Shown: positions 52,287-63,842, numbered from the stretch's first letter. The stretch: DNA of 64,000 nucleotides from Prochlorococcus sp. AG-355-B18 (GCA_003280965.1 QCDI01000008.1:1-64000), one strand, 5' to 3'. Notes: generated by a model from the letters alone, not told the origin. Translations and numbers: made by a program.

Positions 52287-53048
52287 TTAAGTAGTAAATA
52301 AAACTTCTTTAATTAAAGATTCAGTAAATTCTTTGCCAAACAAACTCGACAACATTGGCCTTGCTGGATCGTTATCTCTTCTATATTTCAAATAATTATT
52401 TTGACCATTTATTAATTCTTTTTGCAATTCCATATTGACTTCCTTGCTTTCGAAAAGAATTTCCAAATACAAATTAAGATATTCTTTAAATGTAGTGTAA
52501 AGCTGATTAGCAATTAAAAAATCACTTCTTTCTTCTTTTGGTAATTTTGACCAGATTAATCCTGGAGAAAAAAATCTAGCTACATCTTCAGACATTTTTT
52601 CAGCTAATGGAAGTGAAGTATGACAACGATTTTTAAGTTTTATAAGTTTTTCTATTAACTTATTATTGTATTGATTTTGTATTTTTAAGGAAGGCTGAAA
52701 ATCTAATACCAATAAATGACTATTAGGCAGAGAAACAAAATCTACTCCAAAAAATGGGACGTTATAAATAGTATTAGGAATAATTAAAAAATTTAAAACA
52801 GAATAATTTGGACTATTAATACAAACTGCTCTTGCAAATTGAATTCTTTTTTTATGAGTTACACCCCAAGTAGAGAGATTCACATTTTTTTTTGATTTTT
52901 TTGAACCATAAGTTGATTTTTTATAAGAATATTCAGAGGGTATTATTTTTTCTAAACAGTTATATTTACTTAAATTATTAGTTAAATATTTTAGAAAATT
53001 ATGCCATCTCCAATCTGGGCTATAAAAAATAGTATCTTGTATTAACAT
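52287..53048 (-). CDS. pebB: Phycoerythrobilin:ferredoxin oxidoreductase
   Basis: [24 protein letters not shown]; follows pebA. Confidence 0.92.
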   Translation of the reverse strand: MLIQDTIFYSPDWRWHNFLKYLTNNLSKYNCLEKIIPSEYSYKKSTYGSKKSKKNVNLSTWGVTHKKRIQFARAVCINSPNYSVLNFLIIPNTIYNVPFFGVDFVSLPNSHLLVLDFQPSLKIQNQYNNKLIEKLIKLKNRCHTSLPLAEKMSEDVARFFSPGLIWSKLPKEERSDFLIANQLYTTFKEYLNLYLEILFESKEVNMELQKELINGQNNYLKYRRDNDPARPMLSSLFGKEFTESLIKEVLFTT

Positions 53049-53759
53049 TCAATCAATAATCTCATTATTTAGTGTAAAAAGAAATTTATTGATAAATTTT
53101 TTTGTCCATTTTTCTCCAAAAAATGATTTAAATAATTTATCTGCAGGGTCTTTTTCAAAACTGTACTTATCATATTTAATTTGATTAATCTTTATTTCTT
53201 CTTCATTTAAAAATTTATTCACAGGATTCGATTTATAAATTGTCAAATAATTATTTACAAATGAATGGAAAATATTATTTAAATCTCTATCAAGATTTAA
53301 TTTATTTCCTCTGCATATAATCACCCACGGGGAAAAATACTTATTTGAATCATATATATTCTTCATTTTATTATTATCAAATTCAGAATATTTTTTCTTA
53401 ATACTTCCTAAACTTGAACAATATTTTTCAAGATACTTACCTTCTTGAATTAAAGGTTGATAATCGAGTATTGCTAATAACTTTTGAGAAGTTCCAAACC
53501 ATAAAATATCAGCTCCTAAAATAGGCATTTCTCTATCAAAATTTGGATATGCGACCGTATTAAAAACCTGCAGTTTTTTCCCACCATCTAATCTGGTTAT
53601 TCGCCACTTTCTATATTCTGGAGATGAAAAAAGCCAATTTTTAATAATATATTTTGAGTCTTCATTGTGATGTTCTTTGAATTCGCTAGATATTTGTACT
53701 TCATGACCATTTAATTCATCAATATTGGTTTTAAGGAAATCAACTAATGAATCAAACAT
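53049..53759 (-). CDS. pebA: 15,16-dihydrobiliverdin:ferredoxin oxidoreductase
   Basis: [25 protein letters not shown]; between ho1 and pebB. Confidence 0.92.
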   Translation of the reverse strand: MFDSLVDFLKTNIDELNGHEVQISSEFKEHHNEDSKYIIKNWLFSSPEYRKWRITRLDGGKKLQVFNTVAYPNFDREMPILGADILWFGTSQKLLAILDYQPLIQEGKYLEKYCSSLGSIKKKYSEFDNNKMKNIYDSNKYFSPWVIICRGNKLNLDRDLNNIFHSFVNNYLTIYKSNPVNKFLNEEEIKINQIKYDKYSFEKDPADKLFKSFFGEKWTKKFINKFLFTLNNEIID

Positions 53760-53765
53760 AAATTA

Positions 53766-54476
53766 CTAGGTCTCAGTGCTTCCTTTCCTTACTTTTTTTG
53801 TAATGTAATTAAATACAATCTTTCCTAAAACTGCAATCAAGTTACCTTCAAGCTCCTTAAACATTTTCATATTGTAAGTAAAAGCTTGATTAGCTTCATC
53901 AATAATTTGATCAGCAATCTTTTGATTTATTGGAAGTTGATTCAAAGTTAAGGAATATTGTTCCTTGAATTTCTTTTCGTCAGCAATTAATTCAAACTCA
54001 TAAAAATTTAAACCATCATTTCCTTGCAAATTTAATGCCTTTTTAGCGATCCTTTTCAAAATTTGCCCCCCAGATAAATCTCCTATATAGCGAGTGTAGT
54101 GGTGACCAACCAATAGCTCTGGTGATTTTTTTGCGACCTCTCGAATTCTTTCAACGTATTCTTTTGCTGAGTGAGAAATATTAATTTCATTCTTCCAATT
54201 ATCACCAAAATAAAATTTAAGATCGTTTTCAAGAGTTTCTTTCCTGAATAATGATTTAAAACCTATAGGTTTTATTACTGGATGTTCCTCATTAACCAAT
54301 CTTTCAATTTCTTCTTCCATAGCCTCATAAACAAAATATAAATCACTAATTAATTTTCTATATGATTTTTTTTCAACAACTCCTTTTAAAAAACAAGCCA
54401 CAAAGCCAGTATTTTCTGCCATAGTGTGGGATTTTTTTGTCCCTTCTCTTAGTTGTCCTGCAAGAGCGACTGCCAT
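53766..54476 (-). CDS. ho1: Heme oxygenase
   Basis: LREGTKKSHTMAE, YTRYIGDLSGGQ. Confidence 0.96.
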   Translation of the reverse strand: MAVALAGQLREGTKKSHTMAENTGFVACFLKGVVEKKSYRKLISDLYFVYEAMEEEIERLVNEEHPVIKPIGFKSLFRKETLENDLKFYFGDNWKNEINISHSAKEYVERIREVAKKSPELLVGHHYTRYIGDLSGGQILKRIAKKALNLQGNDGLNFYEFELIADEKKFKEQYSLTLNQLPINQKIADQIIDEANQAFTYNMKMFKELEGNLIAVLGKIVFNYITKKVRKGSTET

Positions 54477-54533
54477 ATATTTTGAATTAATTTTGTATTT
54501 GTATTTAATTTACAAGAAAAATACATAAAACAG

Positions 54534-54965
54534 CTAATTTTTGTTACCGGCGGATGTTGTAGAGAATAACTTATAAAGTTCTTTACAAACCAAAAAAAGA
54601 TTGTCTTTTTGTTCCTTTTGAGGTAAATGAGTACCAGTCATTTCCCACTCCCCAACAGTAGCAACTCTCCATCTCTCGGAGGGGACAATCATCCCTCGCA
54701 TTATAATTCCTAACAATTTTGGAACTCTGTCATTATTATAATTCTCAATTCTTAATTGTAAGAGTATTGCTCTACATTCAATAAGAGGGCTCCAACCAGG
54801 GAAATGAAACGCAAAATCAATAGTATCTTGCATGGATTCATTATTTGAATTGTCCCAGGGACTAAAGTTAACGCTGGCATCTGGAAAATATTTCCGAAAC
54901 AAAGATGCTGTAGAAGCAATTTTATTAGCTATTTCAACATTACTTACCCTTGAACTCGCATTCAT
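54534..54965 (-). CDS. Hypothetical protein
   Basis: 143-aa ORF with IDFAFHFPGWSP motif; no function recognised. Confidence 0.75.
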   Translation of the reverse strand: MNASSRVSNVEIANKIASTASLFRKYFPDASVNFSPWDNSNNESMQDTIDFAFHFPGWSPLIECRAILLQLRIENYNNDRVPKLLGIIMRGMIVPSERWRVATVGEWEMTGTHLPQKEQKDNLFLVCKELYKLFSTTSAGNKN

Positions 54966-55176
54966 AAATAGCTAAGTGTTTTTTTGAAAATGACATAATT
55001 TCCCATAACTTGCTTATTAACTACTTTTTCTTTTAATAAAGATGTTGAAATGCTCATCAAGAAAGTATTCTCTATTCACATTTGAATAATAAATTTCTAG
55101 CTTTTAAAGAAAATAACTCATCGCAAATTACAATACGAAAAACTTCAAAGAGTTATCTTCGTTATTATTAAATACT

Positions 55177-56601
55177 ATGCCAAATTTTGAAAAATTAAAT
55201 TTCCCTACTGAAGGAGAGATAATAACTTTTGAACAGGGCAAGCCTAAAGTTCCCAATAATCCAATCGTGCCATATATAAGGGGTGATGGTACTGGAGTTG
55301 ATATATGGCCAGCAACTCAAATTGTTCTAGATGCAGCGATTAAAAAAAGCTATGGAGATGAAAGAAAAATTAATTGGTTTAAAGTCTATGCAGGCGATGA
55401 AGCTTGTGAACTTTATGGAACATATAACTATCTCCCTCAAGATACTATTGAAGCAATCAAACATTTTGGTGTAGCCATCAAAGGTCCTTTAACAACTCCC
55501 ATCGGTGGAGGTATTAGATCTCTTAATGTTGCATTAAGGCAAATTTTTGATTTATATAGCTGTGTTAGACCATGCAAATATTATTCAGGAACTCCAAGCC
55601 CTCACAAAAATCCCCAAAATTTAGACGTTATTGTTTATAGAGAAAATACTGAGGATATCTACATGGGAATTGAATGGGAAGCTGAGGATAATAATTGTCT
55701 TGAATTAATTAATCACTTAAATAACATTGTCATACCAAAAAGTAAAAATTTAAAAAATAGATCCATACCAATCGGATCAGGTATTGGAATAAAACCGGTA
55801 AGTAAATCTGGTAGTCAAAGGCATATAAGAAAAGCTATTGAACATGCAAAAAGATTATCAGGAAATAAAAGGCATGTGACTCTTGTACATAAAGGGAATA
55901 TTATGAAATATACAGAAGGTGCATTTAGAGATTGGGGATATGAATTAGCAGTAAATGAATTTAGAGAAGATTGCATTACAGAAAGAGAAAGCTGGATTTT
56001 AGATAATATTCAGAAAAATCCAGAAATTACAATTGAAAACAATGCTCGAAAAATTGAACCAGGTTTTGACAAGCTTACAAATAACAAAAAAGCATTCATT
56101 TGCGAAGAAATTAAAGAAGTTATTGCATCAATATCAAATTCTCACGGAGAAGGAAAATGGAGAGAACTTATTCTTGTTGATGATCGGATAGCTGATAGTA
56201 TATTTCAACAAATTCAAACTAGACCTCAAGAATATTCAATTCTTGCAACATTAAACCTTAATGGAGACTATGTTTCTGATGCGGCTGCAGCAATTGTTGG
56301 AGGACTAGGTATGGCTCCTGGTGCAAATATTGGAGATAATGCAGCAATTTTCGAAGCTACGCACGGTACCGCTCCAAAACATGCAGGTTTAAACAAGATT
56401 AATCCAGGCTCAGTTATTCTTAGTGGTGTAATGATGCTTGAATATTTTGGTTGGGATGAAGCAGCTAACTTAATTACTAAAGGTTTAAGTAAAGCAATAG
56501 AGCAAAAAAAAGTCACTTATGATCTAGCACGCTTAATGGAACCAAAAGTAGAACCCTTATCATGCAGCAGTTTTGCTGAGGAAATTATCTCAAATTACTA
56601 A
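55177..56601 (+). CDS. icd: NADP-dependent isocitrate dehydrogenase
   Basis: GDGTG, RSLNVALRQ, VHKGNIMK, NLNGDY, EATHGTAPK. Confidence 0.98.
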   Translation: MPNFEKLNFPTEGEIITFEQGKPKVPNNPIVPYIRGDGTGVDIWPATQIVLDAAIKKSYGDERKINWFKVYAGDEACELYGTYNYLPQDTIEAIKHFGVAIKGPLTTPIGGGIRSLNVALRQIFDLYSCVRPCKYYSGTPSPHKNPQNLDVIVYRENTEDIYMGIEWEAEDNNCLELINHLNNIVIPKSKNLKNRSIPIGSGIGIKPVSKSGSQRHIRKAIEHAKRLSGNKRHVTLVHKGNIMKYTEGAFRDWGYELAVNEFREDCITERESWILDNIQKNPEITIENNARKIEPGFDKLTNNKKAFICEEIKEVIASISNSHGEGKWRELILVDDRIADSIFQQIQTRPQEYSILATLNLNGDYVSDAAAAIVGGLGMAPGANIGDNAAIFEATHGTAPKHAGLNKINPGSVILSGVMMLEYFGWDEAANLITKGLSKAIEQKKVTYDLARLMEPKVEPLSCSSFAEEIISNY

Positions 56602-56603
56602 TT

Positions 56604-57953
56604 TTAAAAATTATTTTTATTTTCAAAAACTTTCCAAATATTAACCAGAGAATCTTTATTGCCAATGTTTCCAGGATGAGTAACGATAGGAAGTTTTTCG
56701 CCATTTTTTAAGTTGTAGGTCACCACTGAAATGCCTGTTAAAATCTGTCCTTCAAGATAAACATAACTTGCATTAAGTCCATTACTAAGAATCAAATTTG
56801 TTGTTATTCCACCTTTTGAAATCAAATATCCTATTTCATACTTTAAAACTGCGACTAATTCAGCAATAAAACAAGCAAGTAAATTATAAAAATTAAATAG
56901 TTCAGAAGAATCTAAAGACATAATTTTTCTTGAAGTAAACAAAACAGGAGTTTTTCCTTTCTCAAAAGAAAATCTAATTTCTTTTAAAAATTTATTTTTA
57001 AACAAATTCCTTCGCTCCTGATTATTATCTGATGAAGTAATTTTAAAGAATTCAAAAACATCTAATTCAACTGGATTGCAATTACTTATCTCTAATAAAT
57101 TATTCAATTGTATTGTTGAAAGTTCTACATAAGATCCAACAATTATCAGTCCTGGAAGGAAACTCTTTTCTTTATTTCTTATTCTTAAATTAGAGAAAAA
57201 TATTTCACTCTGAGAGAAACTTTTTTTCTCAGAAATTGAACTTATAAAACTTGCTGCAGTTCGAAAAAGGAATTTTTTTTGTTTAATTAATTTTTTAATT
57301 ACTAAAGAAAATTTTTTAAGTTGAGAATAATTTTCTGCATCTACAACTACATGTTTATTATTTTTCAAGTTCTTTAGTTTTTTAAAAACAATATTATTTT
57401 CTTGATCATTTAGCATTTCGATATCTGACAATAAAAGATTTTGAATATCTTCAAAATTTATTTGCGATTTACTCTGCTGAAATAAAAGATTCTTGATATT
57501 ACTTGTCTCATATCCAAAAATTTTATCTGTAGCAAAAATTGTTTGACTAATAGGAGTTTTATCAACAAAATGTGTTCCATTAATTGTTAATCTTTTACCC
57601 TCTATGAAAGCTGGAATATGAAAAGTAGCATCAAAAGGACCTAAGCAACTATTTAGAGCAATTGGCTCTAAATAGTTATGTCCTCGAAGAGTAGAGTCTC
57701 CTCTACTTATGAAAATTATTTCTTCTTCATAGGCTTGAGAAGTAATTACAGTCTTAAGATTTTTGCAAATTTCCTTTATTGTTAATTTCGCATCATTTTC
57801 CGATAGTGACCTTGTATTAGCCAAAATAAAAAATAAATTAGATTTAGATTCAAAACCTTTGACTAAAGTTGAGCAGTCCCACTTAAGCAGTAATAAGCAA
57901 TCGTGAACAGTTTGAGAGCCTGTGGGATCATCATCTATAACGACAAATTTCAT
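56604..57953 (-). CDS. Four-carbon acid sugar kinase family (DUF1537-type)
   Basis: VIDDDPTG, RGDSTLRGH, SKGGIT, PGNIG. Confidence 0.88.
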   Translation of the reverse strand: MKFVVIDDDPTGSQTVHDCLLLLKWDCSTLVKGFESKSNLFFILANTRSLSENDAKLTIKEICKNLKTVITSQAYEEEIIFISRGDSTLRGHNYLEPIALNSCLGPFDATFHIPAFIEGKRLTINGTHFVDKTPISQTIFATDKIFGYETSNIKNLLFQQSKSQINFEDIQNLLLSDIEMLNDQENNIVFKKLKNLKNNKHVVVDAENYSQLKKFSLVIKKLIKQKKFLFRTAASFISSISEKKSFSQSEIFFSNLRIRNKEKSFLPGLIIVGSYVELSTIQLNNLLEISNCNPVELDVFEFFKITSSDNNQERRNLFKNKFLKEIRFSFEKGKTPVLFTSRKIMSLDSSELFNFYNLLACFIAELVAVLKYEIGYLISKGGITTNLILSNGLNASYVYLEGQILTGISVVTYNLKNGEKLPIVTHPGNIGNKDSLVNIWKVFENKNNF

Positions 57954-57966
57954 AAGTATTGCATTA

Positions 57967-58821
57967 TTACTTAAGAGATTTTATTTGGATTGAGGCATAT
58001 AATCTTTTACTATCATTTGAAGGAATCATAATGTTTCTAAATCCATCAACAAAAGAATTTCGGGGACTAGTCCAAGGTTCGAGACATATCATTCTTCTTG
58101 GAGGATCACTCCAAATAACTCCTAAATCAAAAGGATATGGATGATTTAAAGTTACCTCTCTTTTAAAAATTTTATCTCGAAAAAAGCTTCTACCGGAAGT
58201 ATACATAAGTAGATCAACTCCTAAATTAATTTTATTTAATTCATCCAAAGTATTACTTATAGTATTTCTTTCTTGATCCTGACAATTAAGTGGATTATCA
58301 ACAAACTCTAAATTTTTGAAATCTGAAACATTAAAATAAGGATGCAAACCAAAATTTATAGGCATAGCAAAGTCTGTTTTATTATAGATTGTAATTTCAA
58401 ATTCTAAATAGTTAACTTTTAAAGTAACTTCTATTTTTAGTTCGAAATCGAAAGGATAATATTTTTTGGTTTTTTTAGATGCATTTAAGAATAAGCATAA
58501 AAATTTTTCATTTTCATTAAATGAGAATTGCCATTGCGAATCCCTAGCGAAACCATGTTGTGGTAATTGCAAATAACCATTTCCAAATACTGAACTAGAG
58601 GTATTGAGATTTCCACAAATTGGAAACAAGATTGGAATACCTCCCCTAATACTTTTTGTCTTGTCCATAAATCTTGTTTCATCGAAATAAAGTATTTCCT
58701 TACCATCCGCAACCCAATTTGTAATAACGCCTCCTCTGTTAGGACAAAATTTAATGTAATTATTTTTATCTAATTGAAAGACAAAAATTCCTTGGTCCTT
58801 ATTAGATGATTCAAGTTTCAC
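57967..58821 (-). CDS. Galactose mutarotase / aldose 1-epimerase family
   Basis: RGGIPILFP, HGFAR, GLHPYF, ICLEPW. Confidence 0.9.
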   Translation of the reverse strand: MKLESSNKDQGIFVFQLDKNNYIKFCPNRGGVITNWVADGKEILYFDETRFMDKTKSIRGGIPILFPICGNLNTSSSVFGNGYLQLPQHGFARDSQWQFSFNENEKFLCLFLNASKKTKKYYPFDFELKIEVTLKVNYLEFEITIYNKTDFAMPINFGLHPYFNVSDFKNLEFVDNPLNCQDQERNTISNTLDELNKINLGVDLLMYTSGRSFFRDKIFKREVTLNHPYPFDLGVIWSDPPRRMICLEPWTSPRNSFVDGFRNIMIPSNDSKRLYASIQIKSLK

Positions 58822-58830
58822 GATTATTAC

Positions 58831-59730
58831 TTAAAGAGAATCAACCCAATCCAAAATATGCTGATTTACTAATTCAGGTATTTCATCATGAGGACAATGT
58901 CCTGCATCAAGAATAATTTCTTTTGTATTCTTTGGTGTAAATTTTTTATATAGATTTCTTTTTTTTGGAGTGTTCATCCATGGATCTTTCCCTCCCCAAA
59001 GAAGTAACAATGGTGCATTAAGTTTTGCGAATAGCTTATCCAAAGGCAATCCCTGAGGCCCTGATGGGTTAAATACACTTCTAAAAACATTAAAAGCTCC
59101 GAAATCTAGAGAAGGCTTCCTTATTGACTCAACTAAAAAATCATCAACATTTTTTTTATCAACATAAACTTGATTTAAAGTTTTTTTTATATTTTTTGGA
59201 TTTCTCATATTCTCAAAAATCAAACGTTGAAGAACAATATTTTTCAAAAATATGCCGGCGACTGTTTCAATTGAAGTTTGCAACATATTCTTTTTGATAG
59301 TTTTTTCTTCACTAAAATATCCAGCAGCATTAAGTAAGATCACTCCTGCGTTTAACTCATTTAATTCAGCACCAGCTGCTAATGCGGCATAACCACCTAA
59401 TGAATTTCCAACAACAATTGTAGGTTTTTTTATTTTCTCCTTTACATAAGCAACAACCTGATCCTTCCATAAAGATCCTGAGTATTCGACATCTTGAGGC
59501 TTAGGACTTTTTCCAAAACCAATTAAATCCATAGCATGAACTTCGTATTTTGTACTCAAAACAGGGATATTAAATCTCCAATGATCCGTAGAAGCTCCGA
59601 AACCATGTATTAATAAAATTGCACATTCTTTCGATATTTGCTCGGGCTTAGCGGAAACTGTATGAATTGGGTAATTTAAAAAATTCCAGTTATAATTTAC
59701 ACCATTATCTATAAGAGCTGACTTTTCCAT
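58831..59730 (-). CDS. Alpha/beta fold hydrolase
   Basis: HGFGAS, GNSLGG nucleophile elbow, DPW, AGHCPHDE. Confidence 0.92.
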   Translation of the reverse strand: MEKSALIDNGVNYNWNFLNYPIHTVSAKPEQISKECAILLIHGFGASTDHWRFNIPVLSTKYEVHAMDLIGFGKSPKPQDVEYSGSLWKDQVVAYVKEKIKKPTIVVGNSLGGYAALAAGAELNELNAGVILLNAAGYFSEEKTIKKNMLQTSIETVAGIFLKNIVLQRLIFENMRNPKNIKKTLNQVYVDKKNVDDFLVESIRKPSLDFGAFNVFRSVFNPSGPQGLPLDKLFAKLNAPLLLLWGGKDPWMNTPKKRNLYKKFTPKNTKEIILDAGHCPHDEIPELVNQHILDWVDSL

Positions 59731-59773
59731 TCATTGATAATTTTATTTTGATTGATTCTAGTAAACTTATTTC

Positions 59774-61141
59774 CTAAAGAAGACCCACAGGATCAGCTGC
59801 AACATCATCTGAAATTTTATTGCCATCATTGGGAGGCTTATCTTTTAGCACAATTCTTAAGAGTACAGGTGCAAGAAATGTAGTTCCTATAACCATTAAT
59901 AAAATAGCTGCTTCAAGAGAGGGAGTTAATAACTTAGCGCTTGTTCCTAGCCCAAGAAAAATTAAACCAACCTCTCCTCTAGGCATCATACCCAAGCCTA
60001 CAACTAATCTATTTGTAGGTTTATCACTTGAAAATACCCATCCGGCTGCAATTTTTCCAATAATCGCAACAACTAATAAAAATCCTGCAACTACAAGAGC
60101 TGATCTGCTTGTTGGATCAAGTGGATTGATAACAGATAAATCCATTCCAGCTCCAACTAATACAAAGAAAATAGTTGCGAATAGGGAAACTAAAGGTAAA
60201 ACAGATTGTTGTATTGCATGATTATTTTTAGAACTACTAAGAATCAATCCAGCTGCAAAAGCCCCTAAAGCTGCTTCCAATCCAATAGCTGTTGCCACGA
60301 AACAACACAATACAAGTATCACAAAAGAAGCTACCACCACGGCTCCAGGCGCCTTTAATCTATCTAATAACCAATCAAAACCTGGAGCAGCTGTTCTGCT
60401 TAATGCAATAGCAGCAATAACAAACACCACAGCTGCTGCAACTAATTTAACAATAGGAGCAATTTCTAAAGTACCTCCGGCAGCAAGGGCGACTACAACT
60501 GCCAGAATAACAATTCCCAAAATATCGTCTAATACTGCTGCACCAATAACAATCTGTCCTTCTCTAGTTTTCAAATATCCCAATTCACCGAAAACACTTG
60601 CAGTAATTCCTATACTTGTCGCTGTCATAGATGCTCCAGCAAAAACTGCTGGAATTAGATCTACTTGGAAAATGAACATTAATCCAAGAGTTCCAAATGC
60701 AAACGGTAAAATTACGCCAGCCATAGCAACAGTAAAAGCTTGAGCACCGACAGCTACCAATTCCTCTAACTCACTTTCTAAGCCTGTTAAAAATAAAAGT
60801 GCATATAAACCAAGTGTTGCTACTGCTTGGAGCGAGGGAAAGCTTTCGAAATAAACATCAGGTACTGCTTCTGGGGGGATTGACGCTAATGAGCTAATAA
60901 CATTCACAAGTCCCTCATTTAGTTCAGTTCCAGCCGAGGGTGGTATCAACAAATGAAATCCTGATGCCCCTATTACAACCCCTGCAAGAAGCTCACCTAC
61001 TATCGTTGGTAAACTTAGCCTTACCAAAACTTCTGCTAATGCTCTTGCAGCTAAAAATATTAATAGAAACCTTATAACTCCTATCAACGTTTCAGCAACT
61101 TCTAAATCATGTGCACTTAATTCAGCAAGTAAGGAATACAT
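59774..61141 (-). CDS. Cation:proton (Na+/H+) antiporter, CPA2 family (NhaS3-like)
   Basis: Multi-TM protein; GLES, ATSIGIT, AAVLDD, PRGEVG. Confidence 0.92.
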   Translation of the reverse strand: MYSLLAELSAHDLEVAETLIGVIRFLLIFLAARALAEVLVRLSLPTIVGELLAGVVIGASGFHLLIPPSAGTELNEGLVNVISSLASIPPEAVPDVYFESFPSLQAVATLGLYALLFLTGLESELEELVAVGAQAFTVAMAGVILPFAFGTLGLMFIFQVDLIPAVFAGASMTATSIGITASVFGELGYLKTREGQIVIGAAVLDDILGIVILAVVVALAAGGTLEIAPIVKLVAAAVVFVIAAIALSRTAAPGFDWLLDRLKAPGAVVVASFVILVLCCFVATAIGLEAALGAFAAGLILSSSKNNHAIQQSVLPLVSLFATIFFVLVGAGMDLSVINPLDPTSRSALVVAGFLLVVAIIGKIAAGWVFSSDKPTNRLVVGLGMMPRGEVGLIFLGLGTSAKLLTPSLEAAILLMVIGTTFLAPVLLRIVLKDKPPNDGNKISDDVAADPVGLL

Positions 61142-61295
61142 TTAAAATTAGAGAAAAAATAAACTACATAATTGGAAGATAGTTTATTAAGGGCCCACTT
61201 TAAGAAATATGTAAGAAAAAAGCAAAAATACTCAACAAGTGTGGATCTGAAGTTACAACAAAGAAATTTTCTAAAAAATGGCTATTGTTTGATAT

Positions 61296-63842
61296 ATGGC
61301 CAATCAAATGAATCCCAACGAACCCTTCGATCTACGTTTGCCTACTCCAGGCTGCTACCTAGATCCTGAGAAAGCTGGCATGGATTCTGAAGCTGTTTTC
61401 CAAGGAATGACAGCGCATCTCTTTTATACACTTGGAAAATTAGCTACCTCTGCAAGTCCTCACGACTTATACATGGCTTTAAGTTACGCAGTTAAAGATA
61501 GGCTTATGACTAGATATTTAGCCAGTCAGGAAGTCATAAGAAAAAAACCACAAAAAACAGTCGCTTACTTATCAGCAGAATTTTTAATAGGCCCTCAATT
61601 AAGTAATAATCTTCTCAATCTTGGAATAACTCAAGAGGCAGAAGATGCTCTAAAGAGATTCGGTATTGAATCATTATCAACAATTCTTGAAGTAGAAGAA
61701 GAGCCCGGACTAGGTAATGGTGGACTAGGCAGATTGGCTGCATGTTACATGGAATCATTAGCTTCTCTACAAGTTCCAGCTGTTGGTTATGGTATTCGCT
61801 ACGAATTTGGCATATTCAATCAACTAATTAGAGATGGTTGGCAAGTTGAAGTAACCGATAAATGGCTGAAAGGTGGATGGCCATGGGAACTTCCACAACC
61901 GGACGAATCATGTTTCGTTGGTTTTGGAGGCAGAACTGAAAGTTTTAGAGATGATAAAGGAAACTATAGATCTAGATGGATTCCTTCAGAACATGCAATT
62001 GGAGTACCTCATGATGTTCCAGTTTTAGGATACAGAGTCAATACTTGTGACAGATTAAGACTGTGGAGAGCTGATGCAACAGAAAGTTTTGACTTTTATG
62101 CATTCAATATTGGTGATTATTATGGGGCAGTTGAAGAAAAAGTTGCATCGGAAACTCTTTCAAAAGTTCTCTATCCAAATGATGGAACTGACGAAGGTAG
62201 AAGATTAAGACTAAAACAACAACACTTTTTTGTAAGTTGTTCCCTTCAGGATATGTTGAGAAGCCTTGAAAAAAGATCACTAGCAATAACAGAATTCCCT
62301 AAGCATTGGACTGTCCAGTTGAATGATACTCATCCTGCTATTGCAGTTGCAGAATTAATGCGACTTCTTATTGACCAATATCAAATAGGTTGGGACAAAG
62401 CTTGGAACATAACAACATCCTCAGTTGCATACACCAACCACACATTATTACCAGAAGCTTTAGAAAAATGGGATTTAGGTTTATTTAATGATCTTCTTCC
62501 TCGCCATCTAGAAATTATTTATGAAATTAATTGGAGATTCCTACAACAATTAAGACTACGTTACCCAGGAGATGACAAAATCCTTCAAAAACTTTCAATA
62601 ATTGATGAAGAAGGCTCTAAATCAGTACGGATGGCTCACTTAGCTACAATTGGAGCACATCATATAAATGGAGTTGCAGCTCTTCACTCAGATCTAATAA
62701 AAAGACAACTTCTTCCTGAATTTGCAGAACTATGGCCTGAAAAATTTACAAATGTAACCAATGGGGTTACCCCAAGGAGATGGGTTGCCCTTTCTAATCC
62801 CTCATTATCTAATCTTCTAGAAGAAGAAGTTGGTCCTAATTGGATAACAAATATGGAACTTCTTAAGAAGTTAGAAGAAAAAAAAGATGACAACAATTTT
62901 TTACAAAAATTTGAGGAAACTAAACTAAATGGCAAAAGAAAATTAGCTAGTTTTATCCATTCAAAAACTGGAATACTCGTAGATCCATCAAGTTTATTTG
63001 ATGTTCAAGTTAAAAGAATTCATCAATATAAAAGGCAACACTTAAACGCCTTACAAATTATTGCTCAATATTTAAGAATTAAAAACGGTACAAATAAATA
63101 TGAAGTACCAAGAACAATAATATTCGGAGGTAAAGCTGCACCAGGTTACTTTATGGCAAAGCTAATGATTCGATTCATTAATGGTATTGCTGATGTTGTT
63201 AATTCTGATCCGGATATGGATGGTTTATTAAGGGTTGTTTTTTTACCAGACTACAACGTTAAACTTGGTGAAATAGTTTATCCCGCAACGGATCTTTCAG
63301 AACAAATTTCAACTGCTGGAAAAGAAGCATCTGGAACTGGAAATATGAAGTTTGCCATGAATGGAGCGTTAACTATTGGAACCTTAGATGGAGCAAATGT
63401 GGAATTAAGAGATCTTGTGAAAAAAGAGAATTTCTTTTTATTTGGTAAAACTGAAAGCGAAATTATGGATTTAAAAAATAATAATTACTCCCCCAAAACA
63501 TTTATTGATCAATGCACAGAGCTTAAAGAGGTAATACGCCTAATTGAAATTGGGCACTTCAGTAATGGGGATAAAGAATTATTCAAACCTCTTTTAAATA
63601 GCTTGACTGGACATGACCCATTTTTTGTTATGGCTGACTTTGAAGACTACTTAAATAAACAGGATGTAGTTAGTGAATGCTGGAATAATAAAAAATCTTG
63701 GAATAAAATGGCATTATTAAATACTGCTAGATCAGGATATTTTTCTTCAGATAGATCTATAAGAGAGTACTGCAAGTCCATTTGGAAAGTATCCCCAATG
63801 CCAGTAGAAATTACTTGCGATGTTGAAGAATTAACTAATTAA
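61296..63842 (+). CDS. glgP: Glycogen phosphorylase
   Basis: GNGGLGRLAAC, EASGTGNMK (PLP lysine), FSSDRSI; alternative start at 61308. Confidence 0.98.
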   Translation: MANQMNPNEPFDLRLPTPGCYLDPEKAGMDSEAVFQGMTAHLFYTLGKLATSASPHDLYMALSYAVKDRLMTRYLASQEVIRKKPQKTVAYLSAEFLIGPQLSNNLLNLGITQEAEDALKRFGIESLSTILEVEEEPGLGNGGLGRLAACYMESLASLQVPAVGYGIRYEFGIFNQLIRDGWQVEVTDKWLKGGWPWELPQPDESCFVGFGGRTESFRDDKGNYRSRWIPSEHAIGVPHDVPVLGYRVNTCDRLRLWRADATESFDFYAFNIGDYYGAVEEKVASETLSKVLYPNDGTDEGRRLRLKQQHFFVSCSLQDMLRSLEKRSLAITEFPKHWTVQLNDTHPAIAVAELMRLLIDQYQIGWDKAWNITTSSVAYTNHTLLPEALEKWDLGLFNDLLPRHLEIIYEINWRFLQQLRLRYPGDDKILQKLSIIDEEGSKSVRMAHLATIGAHHINGVAALHSDLIKRQLLPEFAELWPEKFTNVTNGVTPRRWVALSNPSLSNLLEEEVGPNWITNMELLKKLEEKKDDNNFLQKFEETKLNGKRKLASFIHSKTGILVDPSSLFDVQVKRIHQYKRQHLNALQIIAQYLRIKNGTNKYEVPRTIIFGGKAAPGYFMAKLMIRFINGIADVVNSDPDMDGLLRVVFLPDYNVKLGEIVYPATDLSEQISTAGKEASGTGNMKFAMNGALTIGTLDGANVELRDLVKKENFFLFGKTESEIMDLKNNNYSPKTFIDQCTELKEVIRLIEIGHFSNGDKELFKPLLNSLTGHDPFFVMADFEDYLNKQDVVSECWNNKKSWNKMALLNTARSGYFSSDRSIREYCKSIWKVSPMPVEITCDVEELTN

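Noticed and set aside
52287..54476. ho1-pebA-pebB as a phage-derived cassette
   Set aside because: This is the normal host two-enzyme pathway (cyanophages use pebS), and there are no phage genes nearby.
3131..62935. Many short antisense or nested ORFs in the track (e.g. 3131-3352, 5910-6152, 10510-10857, 14404-14823, 34642-34956, 59820-60221, 62684-62935)
   Set aside because: They lie within or mostly overlap well-supported genes and have no recognisable motifs; they are shadow ORFs.
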